Positions 32,701-42,700 of a DNA stretch of 64,000 bases are shown piece by piece. Source of the DNA: Octopus bimaculoides (lineage: Eukaryota). A program made the position numbers and the translations under genes. The DNA lies in NCBI RefSeq assembly GCF_001194135.2, contig NC_068991.1:78312226-78376225 (forward strand), given 5' to 3'. Under the pieces are notes generated by a model. That model saw only the letters and a list, made by a program, of their open reading frames with translations, searched no databases and was not told the DNA's origin. Position 1 is the stretch's first letter. Each line of letters opens with the position of its first letter.

Positions 32701-35635
32701 ATGAGTTAGGTGATTCGACAGGATCTGGAAAGCTTGCACCAAGTTCCAGTGTCAGCTTTGGAATGGTTTCTATGGATAGATGCCCTTTCTAAGGTCAACC
32801 GAATTAATATTTTGGGTGCTTTATTCTTTAACCACCAATGCCAATGAGGTTGCTGAATAACTTTCAAGACAGAAAAAGAAAACAATCCCACGAGAGGGGA
32901 AGGTGGATTTATCCCAGGTGTTGAAAGGCTATAAAGCACGATAGAGAGACAAGCACAGGCATCTTGCTATAGAGGAGATACACAAGGCTACCCCACATTA
33001 TATAGGAAAGGGTCAGAATGGTTGAAAAGGAGATAAAAGAGGTAATAATGGAGAGACAGAGAAAGCACTTTGGTACAAGAAGGGTGAGCATAAGAGAAGA
33101 GGGGTACTTTCATAAGAGTGTGAGGGGGGAGAGTAACAAATGGTCTAATGCCTAATCAAGATTAATAGGGAAATTTTTGAGGGACCTCTTCCACACGAGG
33201 AATGTCCAGTTAATTGTAGTCAAACAAACTTGTGTAGTGAGCTACAAAATAATACTTAAGCTGACAACACACTGGTAATGAGAAGAAAGGTTCATTAGTG
33301 TTAATGATATTTCATGCTAGGAAAGGTAAGAACTCGGAAATTTAAATTCTCCTATTATAATTCCAGTCACATCTAAGGTTGCTTTATACAAAAGTAGTTC
33401 GACTCCAGTACTTGCCTGTTACTTTATTTTATCTATCTGGCAGATTAAAAGGCAAAATCAATTTCAGTTGGAACTGGCTTCCATTGCAGAAAACAAATGC
33501 AAAATATAGAAAAAGCTTTGGTATTTTACTCTTCCACAATGATTTTACTTGCTGACCACATGGTTCTTGGGTTCACTGCCTTGCATGGCATCTTGGGAAA
33601 TGTCTTCTAGTATTAGCCCTAGGCTGAGCAAAGCCTTGAAAGTGAATTTGATAGATGAAAACTAAAAGAAACTGCTGGATGTATTTATAACCATACATAT
33701 TCATAGAAACAAATAAAAATGTGCGTCTGTCTCCTAGTGTTGACCTCACATGATAGCTGTGAATAAGTGTCACCATCATACAAGCAGTGCCATTTGTTTG
33801 TGGTCTTCTGCGAAAATATGCCCAGCCATGGTGAAATATTACTATGCTTGGAAGTAGGAAGAGTACCTGGCTACATGTTCAAACGATGTTAATTGTTTTG
33901 AGAGCTCTTAACCTTATGGCTAAGAACATTTTCTCACAGTTTTAGTTCAAATGATGACCAAGTACATAAATTATAATTTGTAATCATCTTTTCACCAGCA
34001 TGTAAAAAGCACCCTCTACACTCTGTAAAGTGGTTGGCATTAGGAAGGGCATCCAGCTGTGGAAACTGTGCCAAATGAGACAATTGGAGCCAAGACAGCT
34101 CCTGTCAAACTATCCAACTTATGTTAGCTAGAAAACGAACATTAAATGATGAAGATCGAAATAGCTCCAGAGAACGGTATCCCCCAAACAGGAAACTGGG
34201 TCCTGTACACTTGCAATAAAAGTGAACCCAGCAAAATGCATGCACACAAGGTGTTGTAATGTGGTGGTGTTAAACAGGGCGACATTTTGAGTCTACCACA
34301 TATAAGAAAGGATTTAATGTTATACAATTTGACAATTTCGTGACGTTTTCCCCTTCCATTTTAGCAGGAGGCTTTTTCACTTTTTGCTGAATTCTATAGG
34401 ACAGGGTTCACTTTACCTACTCTTAACATATTACATCACATGCTTTCAAATTACAATTGATTTTTAATTACCCACTTATCGTTTCCCGTGTTCAAGATAA
34501 CGAAACAGATAACGACTAATTTTTTTGTTATTCTCTTAGGAGTGCGTAGCAAAATGGATAAAACAGGAAAATCACAACCGAGCCTAAAAACTAAATGCAT
34601 TTTAGAAGCCCGTGTGAAATCTAAAAATTATATACCTACATACTAAGATATTTTCTTTGCAAATAATCAACAGGAGTTCACTAATTATTAATTAATCTAA
34701 TAGTACATGAGAAGACGTTCACAAGAAGAAACGTGGTGTAGTGTTAAGATAATGAGGGAGTTTTAGTCGCTGGAATTAACTAAATAATATTCTTGGAATC
34801 CCCTAACATAAAATGGCGGGAGGGTCACAAGTGGAAATCCTTTGGTCATAGGCCTGATCTGGAGCAAGACAACTGGAAGAAATCTTATAATTATTTCAGA
34901 AGATATAAAACAGAAATAATAATGGTTAATTGAAAATAATTCTGAAAATTAAGCAGCTTAAGCGACTGATTGAGACGGATTTAATTTAAATTTAATGACT
35001 GACTTTTAACACTGACACAAGGCAATAAATTTAGGCAGAAAGAGTATTATTTATAGACTAAATCCATGCTAAATAAATGACTGTTTATTTTGAGGAAATC
35101 GTAAAAATGAAAAGTAAATTAAAAAATGAGAATATGAAGGGAGGAGGGAACACGTGGGATTTTTTTTCCATGTCAGTGATTGTTGGTAAGGTATATACGG
35201 TACTGGGGTATTTCGCAAACGTAGTTGAAATAGAAATCAATTAATTGCGTTAGTTCTCGGTATTTCGGAAGGCAGTGTCACTAATTAATAAATTTAATAA
35301 ACTAAATACTGAAATTTATTAACAGGAGTTTTGTTTTCCCTTTAACATTACGTTCACGTCGATATTGCGCATGCGTCAACACATACATAGAAGCATACAC
35401 GTGTTGTATATATACATACATATATATCTGTACATGTCTGTGTGTATGTGTATATATATATACTTATATATACACGTGTGTGTATATATATACATATACG
35501 CACATATTTATTTGTTATTTAAGATTTTGAGATAACTTACTTCGGTTTCACTGTTGATTTTTCACCACTTTTCTTCACCCTTTTCGCAGATTTTTGACGG
35601 TGGACATGGGTTAATTTTTTCCTTTTATAACCCAT
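6368..35635 (-). CDS. UTP25: U3 snoRNA-associated protein 25 (UTP25/DIEXF, DUF1253 family), 20 coding exons
   Basis: All 19 introns are GT-AG and phase-consistent. Family motifs: [139 protein letters not shown]. Confidence 0.96.
7170..7268 (-). CDS. UTP25: UTP25 exon 19
   Basis: ttacag|A TAT...TTT AG|gtattt; [32 protein letters not shown]. Confidence 0.94.
7505..7722 (+). mobile_element. (GAT)n-tailed retroposon family A. Other copies: about 11730-11895, 13790-13926, 17263-17392, 19469-19670(-), 26031-26287, 28288-28535(-), 33995-34152, 40700-41078, 59356-59603, 61862-62058
   Basis: Recurrent GGCACGTAAAAGCACC...GGAAGGGCATCCAGCTGTAGAAAC...CCAACCCATGCCAGCATGGAAA.CGGAC.TTAAATGATGATGAT. Confidence 0.85.
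8500..8627 (-). CDS. UTP25: UTP25 exon 18
   Basis: gttgaag|ATT...AGT GA|gtaagt; [42 protein letters not shown]. Confidence 0.94.
8817..9186 (-). mobile_element. tRNA-derived SINE, near full length
   Basis: - strand head GGAGGCGCAATGGCCCAGTGGTTAGGGCAGCGG...GGTTTCGATTCCC (A and B boxes), CpG-rich body, (CAA)-like tail. Confidence 0.75.
9486..9557 (-). CDS. UTP25: UTP25 exon 17
   Basis: tttcag|ATA...AAG|gtgagt; [24 protein letters not shown]. Confidence 0.92.
10192..11029 (-). mobile_element. Degenerate Tc1/mariner (maT/DD37D-like) DNA transposon, internally deleted
   Basis: Imperfect CAGGGTG-type TIRs, with TA at the right end. The - strand gives broken transposase peptides such as [27 protein letters not shown] and [24 protein letters not shown]. 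Confidence 0.8.
11450..11526 (-). CDS. UTP25: UTP25 exon 16
   Basis: aacccag|AC TAT...ATG|gtaagt; [25 protein letters not shown]. Confidence 0.88.
12205..12287 (-). CDS. UTP25: UTP25 exon 15
   Basis: ttccag|G AAC...CTC A|gtatcc; [27 protein letters not shown]. Confidence 0.9.
13021..13458. mobile_element. tRNA-headed SINE-like element in an inverted dimer; each arm carries a degenerate hammerhead motif
   Basis: A-box TGGCATAGTGG (13232-13242) and B-box GTTCGATTC (13277-13285). Arms 13045-13222 and 13284-13458 are reverse complements. Hammerhead motifs at 13099-13142 (-) and 13361-13404 (+). Confidence 0.8.
13491..13576 (-). CDS. UTP25: UTP25 exon 14
   Basis: ttgacag|TAT...AGT TG|gtaggt; [28 protein letters not shown]. 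Confidence 0.95.
13692..13764 (+). pseudogene. tRNA-Lys(UUU) pseudogene in UTP25 intron 13
   Basis: GCCCGCATAGCTCAGTTGGTAGAGCACCAGACTTTTAATCTGAGGGTTACAGGCTCATGTCCCTCAACAGGCG is colinear with metazoan tRNA-Lys(TTT), but has 3 acceptor-stem mismatches and a broken T-loop/B-box (GCTCATG instead of GTTCAAG). Confidence 0.85.
14983..15079 (-). CDS. UTP25: UTP25 exon 13
   Basis: ttgtag|C CAA...TTG|gtaaga; [32 protein letters not shown]. Confidence 0.95.
15249..15520. mobile_element. hAT (Buster/Charlie-type) MITE
   Basis: 16-bp TIR CAGGGGTTTTCAAACT / AGTTTGAAAACCCCTG; perfect 8-bp TSD TATTAGGG with central TA. Confidence 0.9.
15654..15807 (-). CDS. UTP25: UTP25 exon 12
   Basis: tttcag|AA GAT...GAA AC|gtatgt; [50 protein letters not shown]. 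Confidence 0.95.
16430..16505 (-). CDS. UTP25: UTP25 exon 11
   Basis: ttttcag|TCA...CCA G|gttcgt; [25 protein letters not shown]. Confidence 0.88.
17480..17651 (-). CDS. UTP25: UTP25 exon 10
   Basis: tggtag|G AGT...GAC AAA|gtaagt; [57 protein letters not shown]. Confidence 0.93.
17770..18106 (-). mobile_element. tRNA-derived SINE with a CORE-like central domain (partial copy about 11055-11235)
   Basis: Head GGCGCATGGTTCAGTGGTTAGAG...GAGTTCGAATCC, then GTGTTCTTGAGCAAGACA...CAGTTCACTCATCTGTAGAAATG, resembling the MIR/CORE consensus. Confidence 0.65.
18352..18437 (-). CDS. UTP25: UTP25 exon 9
   Basis: tatag|GAT...TTG AA|gtaagt; [28 protein letters not shown]. Confidence 0.92.
19127..19179 (-). 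CDS. UTP25: UTP25 exon 8
   Basis: ccccaag|GT GTC...CAA|gtaagt; [17 protein letters not shown]. Confidence 0.88.
20107..20164 (-). CDS. UTP25: UTP25 exon 7
   Basis: tttcag|ATA...AAA G|gtaatt; [19 protein letters not shown]. Confidence 0.8.
21687..21779 (-). CDS. UTP25: UTP25 exon 6
   Basis: tttcag|ACT...CAT|gtaagt; [31 protein letters not shown]. Confidence 0.8.
22030..22248. mobile_element. piggyBac-like MITE
   Basis: Ends TAACCCTTTTG ... CAAAAGGGTTAA (CCC termini, TTAA-like target). Confidence 0.55.
22654..22745 (-). CDS. UTP25: UTP25 exon 5
   Basis: ttctag|AT CCA TTT...CAG|gtaatg; [31 protein letters not shown]. Confidence 0.88.
23903..25316 (-). CDS. UTP25: UTP25 exon 4, acidic repeat exon (contains gap 24180-24953; donor at 23903 or 23894)
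   Basis: tatacag|AT TCT GAT GGG; D/E-rich open frame on both sides of the gap; two phase-1 donors (CCA G|gtggga, AAA G|gtatta). Confidence 0.85.
24060..25260. repeat. 30-nt coding minisatellite ([10 protein letters not shown])n within UTP25 exon 4
   Basis: CCTCTTCCTCTTCTGCCACATCACTACCAG repeated with variants on both sides of the 774-N gap. Confidence 0.9.
26966..27071 (-). CDS. UTP25: UTP25 exon 3
   Basis: cattcag|CCT...GCG C|gtaagt; [34 protein letters not shown]. Confidence 0.85.
27605..27641 (-). CDS. UTP25: UTP25 exon 2 (37 nt)
   Basis: Long polypyrimidine tract, then tag|A AAT ATT CCA...AAG CAT|gtgagt; supplies the needed phase 2 to 0 bridge; [12 protein letters not shown]. Confidence 0.75.
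28702..29220. repeat. Long imperfect inverted repeat (foldback) in UTP25 intron 1
   Basis: Arms about 28702-28915 and 28986-29220 are reverse complements, e.g. CTCTCCCTCAATAAATTCT vs AGAATTTATTGAGGGAGAG. Confidence 0.8.
32270..32350 (+). mobile_element. Possible RTE-clade LINE ORF C-terminal fragment
   Basis: Translates to [22 protein letters not shown], resembling the EG.R.RGRP end motif of RTE ORFs. Confidence 0.4.
35541..35635 (-). CDS. UTP25: UTP25 exon 1
   Basis: aaaaATG GGT...CCG AA|gtaagt; basic N-terminus [31 protein letters not shown]; phase 2. Confidence 0.8.
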
Positions 35636-35830
35636 TTTTTACCACTTTCCCCACAACTGCCAAGGTGCTGCCAACTTTTACTTTTTTTTTCTTCCTTCTA
35701 TTAATTGTTTACCACAAACGAAAACAACGATTGGTCTTTTCCAAACTGAACCAACCAATGGCGAGTCGTTACACATAAGCTGTCATATGACGTCATTAAT
35801 CTTCCCCCGATCGCCATTTCGAAGCACGTT
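35636..35830. promoter_or_regulatory. Probable bidirectional promoter shared by UTP25 (-) and the RBM4-like gene (+)
   Basis: CpG-retaining segment with opposed CCAAT boxes (ATTGG 35730-35734, CCAAT 35755-35759), a perfect CRE TGACGTCA (35788-35795) and a YY1-like CGCCATTT (35812-35819). An NRF1-like TGCGCATGCG lies at 35366-35375. Confidence 0.6.
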
Positions 35831-35926
35831 GAGGCTTCGACTGAACGTCATTTTTGTGCAAATAATCGTTGTTTTTTTTTTCTTCCGAAATCAAAGAACT
35901 TAGGATCTTAAACACAACTGACAGCG
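35812..35926 (+). other. Candidate non-coding first exon of the RBM4-like gene (start approximate)
   Basis: Strong donor GCG|gtaaga at 35927 just downstream of the promoter motifs; no ATG in the segment. A second candidate donor, GAT|gtaaga, is at 36163. Confidence 0.45.
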
Positions 35927-38900
35927 GTAAGATCTCACGTTAAGTTTTTTTGCCAATCTATTTATGTAAACGATATATGATTTCCTCATTGTCCCCCTTC
36001 CCCAACCCCCGCCAAAATATCTTCGGCGATGATATTGACGACGACGATGATGATGATGGCGATTGTGTTGGTTCCTTCTCTTGCAGGGAAACAAAAAAAC
36101 AAAAACAAAACCCCCAGAAATACTCTGTCCATTGTTTGCCAGCATCAGAAAAAGAAGACGATGTAAGATCTGTTGTCCCCCCCCCTAACTGACTGATGAG
36201 AGCCATTCATTATTTCAAGACAATCCCCCCTCCTCCTCCACTCCCGCCATTCTTATTCCTTTCTCTATTTTCATCTTTTCTTTCTCTCTCTCTTTTGGTC
36301 CCATTCGCCATTATATATATTTTTCCCTTTTCCTTTAAGAAAACTAAAACAAAAATGATTCATATTTTATAATTAACCTATCAAAATCATTAAAACGTAT
36401 TCCTCCTGTCTTCACTTTCAATCCTCATTTTTCCTTCATTAAACGCAGAATAAATTACAAATATTTCTCTAATANNNNNNNNNNNNNNNNNNNNNNNNNN
36501 NNNNNNNNNNNNNNNNNNNNNNNNNNNNNNNNNNNNNNNNNNNNNNNNNNNNNNNNNNNNNNNNNNNNNNNNNNNNNNNNNNNNNNNNNNNNNNNNNNNN
36601 NNNNNNNNNNNNNNNNNNNNNNNNNNNNNNNNNNNNNNNNNNNNNNNNNNNNNNNNNNNNNNNNNNNNNNNNNNNNNNNNNNNNNNNNNNNNNNNNNNNN
36701 NNNNNNNNNNNNNNNNNNNNNNNNNNNNNNNNNNNNNNNNNNNNNNNNNNNNNNNNNNNNNNNNNNNNNNNNNNNNNNNNNNNNNNNNNNNNNNNNNNNN
36801 NNNNNNNNNNNNNNNNNNNNNNNNNNNNNNNNNNNNNNNNNNNNNNNNNNNNNNNNNNNNNNNNNNNNNNNNNNNNNNNNNNNNNNNNNNNNNNNNNNNN
36901 NNNNNNNNNNNNNNNNNNNNNNNNNNNNNNNNNNNNNNNNNNNNNNNNNNNNNNNNNNNNNNNNNNNNNNNNNNNNNNNNNNNNNNNNNNNNNNNNNNNN
37001 NNNNNNNNNNNNNNNNNNNNNNNNNNNNNNNNNNNNNNNNNNNNNNNNNNNNNNNNNNNNNNNNNNNNNNNNNNNNNNNNNNNNNNNNNNNNNNNNNNNN
37101 NNNNNNNNNNNNNNNNNNNNNNNNNNNNNNNNNNNNNNNNNNNNNNNNNNNNNNNNNNNNNNNNNNNNNNNNNNNNNNNNNNNNNNNNNNNNNNNNNNNN
37201 NNNNNNNNNNNNNNNNNNNNNNNNNNNNNNNNNNNNNNNNNNNNNNNNNNNNNNNNNNNNNNNNNNNNNNNNNNNNNNNNNNNNNNNNNNNNNNNNNNNN
37301 NNNNNNNNNNNNNNNNNNNNNNNNNNNNNNNNNNNGAACCATAGCTACTATTTCTAGCGTATCAGGCGACTGCCTAAAGCTACTTTCGATAGTGCGGTTT
37401 CTTATTAAATCATGAGATGTCTCTAGTTGTTGATTTGTAAGTAAACGGTGACTAGGGAGATTTTCTACCCAAAAGGGGGGCGACCATGTAGAGGTTACCT
37501 CGTGCCTGTCTCTGAGCAGTGCATGCTTCATGCATCTATGAATAAATGTGTATTAGTCATTCAGGTCACGTCGGAAGGTGAAATAGTTTTGTCGTGATGA
37601 AGCAAAGAAGTGTAGACATTTCCAACAGAATCCGTTTTTTTTTTTTTTTTCGTCTGAGATAAACAAAGATGCTGAATAGATATATATCACTAAAGGTCCA
37701 CAAATTCTGCTTTCAATGATATGTTTTAGGGTGATGCTTTTAATTTCGTCTACAGATTATATGGCGAAGACTCACCTCTAATTAGGCTGAAATCTTACCG
37801 ACCATGCTTTGATTTCTCTCTTTATATTTCTGGTCAGTACAATGGTAATTTTTTTTTTATTTGCAAAAGCAATGAAACATTAAATTTATATTTTTGGCTG
37901 CTGAGGAAACAATTCGATTCATTTAAATGATTTCAATTGATAATCAAAACCGACCCCCCCACCCCCACCGCGCACACGTTTTCTTTTCATTTCGAAGTTC
38001 TTTGTTGCGTTTTAATTGTCATCCACATCCAGCCAGCGGACGCGGGAAAGTGTCTCGAAATTCTTCAGTTAAATATTCACATCGTTAATTTCAACACTGG
38101 TTTGACTAACATGGTAGCTATGATCAAATCTGTTCTAGGCATTGTGAAGCTCTCCATTCAAAAATAACTGTTTAACCTAACGTTTTGCCATGATGAGCAG
38201 TCATAATTTATCAGTTGGAACAAACCATTCGTGATTTTATTGGGATCCTCAAATCAGTCAATAGCCCTAAACACGTCTCCAGTGAGTGCCCAGCTCCCTA
38301 AGCGCCATTGTTTAAAAAGCAAACTACAAACCGGCGCGGCTGAACACTAGATGTTCTTTCTAGCCATCACCATCTTGCCTGAGGTGGATTTGGCTGTTAT
38401 TTCTGAAAGGTCTAATGATTATATAGTAGCTCCCCTTCTTTTCGATGACTGCAAGCAGACATCATGAATGCTTTTTAACATATATTCCCTTGGGTTTCTT
38501 ACTATCGAGCATCATCCAATAGATCTAATTATTGCCACTGATATATTATACCGATTCAATACAATCGATTAGCCGCTCTCTAATTATTGGCCTTGTTTAG
38601 TCAAAACCGAACTTGATCCGCTAACATGACGCTGCGTAGCATCTGTTCATTTAATTGTTTTTCTATGATAAAGGGTTATCTGTGTTGAATTGAGTGAATA
38701 AAATGTATAATTAAAATTGACACAATTAGCTCAATTGTATCTATATTATTTTAACGAGTTTATTTTCTATTCAATTAGCATTCCCATCTCAGATGGAGGA
38801 AATTAAATGTTAATAAAAATTATATATTGCCTTTTATTTTGTCTTCAATAATTTCCTTTCTGGCAAGAAAGAAGGCTTATTTTGCTTAATTTCCTGAGTA

Positions 38901-39586
38901 GCAAATAAATACAGGAAAACCTTTTGCATTCTACGTCTCTTTCTATTCAAGTGATGGGAGAATTTTTTAAAATAAAGCAACGAAACCATACCAGCGCTGT
39001 TATAATTTTGTCTTTCGGGCACCTTGTTATATTGAAGGAGTAAACTTTCGTAATTTCCTCCGTTTTTGTTACACATGAGGTACATTATATTCTGCAATGT
39101 TTATACGATATAATATATATTTAGAAATGTTTCGCAACCGAATCCAAAGTGTCAGTCTTCGGTCACGCAATAACACTGATAGTACAAAAGAAAAAGCGCT
39201 TATTTAAACACTTTTCATTTACTACAGATACAAGTTTATTTTCGTTCTATATGTGTTTTCTGAAGTAGTTAACCGTCGCAAATGAAGCCAACTAAAAATA
39301 GAATGGAGTTAGATTCAACTGAACGAACTTGCTGCTTGCATCACAGCACCCGACCGTAAAGCACTTCTTTCTGCAACAGTTATATTATTGCCTTTTTTGA
39401 TGTGGAGAATATAACGAAAAAGGATTATTTGGCATTCTTTCGGCGCCGAAAGAATGCCGATTATTTCTCTGTGTGTGTTTTTTTATATTTATTTGTTGTT
39501 AATAAATGATGCTGCGATGTGTAATTGATTCGTGATTCTTCACGTACCAATGATTGTCTTTGTTCTCCTTTCAGCAGCCGCTAACA

Positions 39587-39709
39587 ATGCCTACAAAAAT
39601 ATTCGTTGGTAACGTTAACCCCACCACCAAAGCAGAACAATTACGGGTTTTGTTCGAGAAATATGGCAAAGTCACCGAGTGTGACATAATAAGAAATTAT
39701 GCTTTTGTG
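39587..39709 (+). CDS. RBM4: RBM4-like coding exon 1
   Basis: Acceptor tttcag|cag at 39574, acaATG, TTT GTG|gtaagc. Confidence 0.92.
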
Positions 39710-42700
39710 GTAAGCTCTTTGTTTCTTTTATTTTCAAAACACTAATCACTGTCGATTGTTTTTAAATAGCTTCGTTTTGTCCTGGTGGTAAGGATGATTA
39801 ATGACTCACCAGTGCGAGCCAGTTTAACCTATTTATTTGAATAACGGTGAATATGATAACCACAGGGGTGAATCTGCTTTTACGGATGTAATTTTGTCTC
39901 CTTTACCGTTTCAAGTTAGGCCTTTGCTAAAATTCCTTCATTTCTCGGCGAGGATAAAATATGTGCCAATGTTTATGCGGAGTCTATATGGTTTAGAAAT
40001 CAAGTGATAATTTGTGTTGGTGAATCGGAATGGTAGTCAAAATCGAAGTCTAAGCTTGTTTTTTGTCCAGGTTTGTCTTGTTTGAACAGAATTAATATCA
40101 AGGATATTCTAGTCTTGGCCATATTTTTTCCAGTTTGGATGCGATTTCTACGAGGTTCAGTGATTGCATAGAGCAGTGGTTCCCAGCCCGTTTATTCAAA
40201 TGAGTTTTCCCACGGACCCCTTTTAATATGCTTATCCTTATATTTATATAAAATTTTGAATTTAGTTCACGGACCCCAGGTTGGGAACCACTGGCGTAGA
40301 GGTTCCTCTGTTGTGTTGTGAGATCTGTCAGGAGTTAACGTTTCCGTTGAAGCCCTTCACCAGGTGAGAAGTGTGTTGGAAAGGTATATTTAGGCCTACT
40401 AATGCAGTGTGGATGAAAGGCGGTCTGAAATGTTACTCTACATATAAACGTCATGTGAACTAACAAGATAGCTTCCTGTGCAGAAATTTCCACTCCTTTT
40501 TGTCTTTTAAACATTTTGATGTGCTCGTTGCACTTTGCTGTAAAGGAACATGCATGTGTTGGAGCAGTGCATTGAAACACTGCAATTTTCTAAATATATT
40601 AGGCGACTATTTCTTGAACTGCTAAAGATAGAGCCTGGATCTATTCAGAGTTGAATAACTGCATGCATATATATTGCCACTTATCTTCATGCCTTTGGTA
40701 AAAATGAAACGTAAAAAGCACCATCCGAACGTGGCCAATGCCAGAACCCCCTGACTGGCTCTCGTGCCAGTGGCACGTTAAAAAGTACTGTCTGAACATG
40801 GCCAATGCCAGAACCCCCTGACTGGCTCTCGTGCCAGTGGCACGTAAAAAGCACTGTCTAAACGTGATCGATGCCAGGCCCGCCTAACTGGTTCCTGTGC
40901 CAGTGGCATGTAAAAAGCACCCACTGCATGCTCGGAGTGCTTGGCGTTAGGAAGGGCATCCAGCTGTAGAAACATTTCCAGATCAGATTGGAACCTGTCA
41001 CAGCTGCTGGCTCTCCAGACCTGTCAAACCGTCCAACCCATGCCAGCATGGAAAACGGACGTTAACGATGATGATGATATGCAACAATTGCCTTCTCTTT
41101 ACAACTTCAATGAAACCTGAATAAAGGAAATACTTTAAAAAGAAATTAGTCCCTGTGTGTTGTGACCAGAAGGGTTGGTGATGGGAAGGGCTCTGGAAGT
41201 CTGCCTCAGAAAACCCATCCAACATGTGACACCATGGAAAAGTGACTTCTGCTTCTTCTTACATTAAAAGAAAACTTTTTATCGATCTTCAAAGCATGTA
41301 CTAAACTCTCAAATTGAACAAACTGGCACAAATGATACTTTGTTCAGCCTCAGATTATAATGCCTTTAAAAAATAGGGAAGGATACATTGTATAATGCAG
41401 TCCCACATATGGCATGCATTACAAAAATGTGTAAACCAGATGATTGTAGTTGATTGGTTAAAGGGGTTTTTTGATCAGAGAACTAAACAATGGTAACTAG
41501 TCTTCACACAATGCCAGTTTTGTATTCTGTGCTTTCTCACTTCAGTAGGAGGAGCAGGTAGGTACAATCTACATAAAATAAACAACTGGTGTCTCATTGA
41601 AAGAAAAACCCTACTGTATATGCAATATTGTATACATGCTTTGAAATCAGTAAGAAATAAATCCTTCCTATTGATAACTTGGAAAAATAGTTTGAATTTT
41701 ATGCAAAACACATTAAACAACAGGTGTTGTGTAGAACAGAAGCACATCCCCAGATGTCATCCTCATGTATGTTCTTTGAGTAAACAAGTTAGAAATGGAA
41801 GCAGTAATGGACGAAAATAGCACTTGGCATNNNNNNNNNNNNNNNNNNNNNNNNNNNNNNNNNNNNNNNNNNNNNNNNNNNNNNNNNNNNNNNNNNNNNN
41901 NNNNNNNNNNNNNNNNNNNNNNNNNNNNNNNNNNNNNNNNNNNNNNNNNNNNNNNNNNNNNNNNNNNNNNNNNNNNNNNNNNNNNNNNNNNNNNNNNNNN
42001 NNNNNNNNNNNNNNNNNNNNNNNNNNNNNNNNNNNNNNNNNNNNNNNNNNNNNNNNNNNNNNNNNNNNNNNNNNNNNNNNNNNNNNNNNNNNNNNNNNNN
42101 NNNNNNNNNNNNNNNNNNNNNNNNNNNNNNNNNNNNNNNNNNNNNNNNTTTTTTAAACCATCTTTTCTAAACTGAAAATATTTTAAATTTCACCCTGCCT
42201 CTTCAGTGGACGTCACGCAGTTACCCCACCCCACAAAAAAAACACATTTCTTTTTTTTTAAATTTGTGGGGTGGGTGAAATCTAAAAAAAAAAAAAAATT
42301 TTTTCTTTGCGTATTCGTAATCTCCAACATCTAAAAATATTTTTTAAACTTTTCAACTCTGGGATGAAAACTGAGTCACGAAGTAATCGCATGGGTTGTT
42401 TGAAAAGATAACAAAGTAGAGGCATGACAATACATTTGGAATTTGAAATAAAGTTTGAGAAATATGTAACAAGATACTGTTCTTCTTTTTCATCGGTTGT
42501 GGTTCTGTGTACGTTTATTTTGGGCAGACATGGTGTGCCTTCAGTTGTCAGAAACATTTTTAGGGTCAGTTACATTAGAAACGCTTTCTTCTAGGACACT
42601 AAACATTGTTATAGTTAACCCTGGAGTACTTTATACTCTGAGATTCTCTCTACTCCATAAGGAAACGCTTGGGTTTTAAACCTTTTAATATTTGTCTGTC

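Noticed and set aside
34340-34393. Lys-rich candidate for UTP25 exon 2 ([16 protein letters not shown])
   Set aside because: No good phase-0 donor; 27605-27641 has much stronger splice sites and the right phases
39125-39165. Hammerhead-like CCGAAGA...GCGAAAC on the - strand
   Set aside because: Core is mutated and stem II cannot be paired
40707-40920. HDV-like ribozyme in the family-A repeat unit
   Set aside because: The P3 loop lacks the UCC needed for P1.1, and no P2 or catalytic C could be placed
40707-40920. CRISPR-like array
   Set aside because: Eukaryotic context; the units are whole tandem copies without unique spacers
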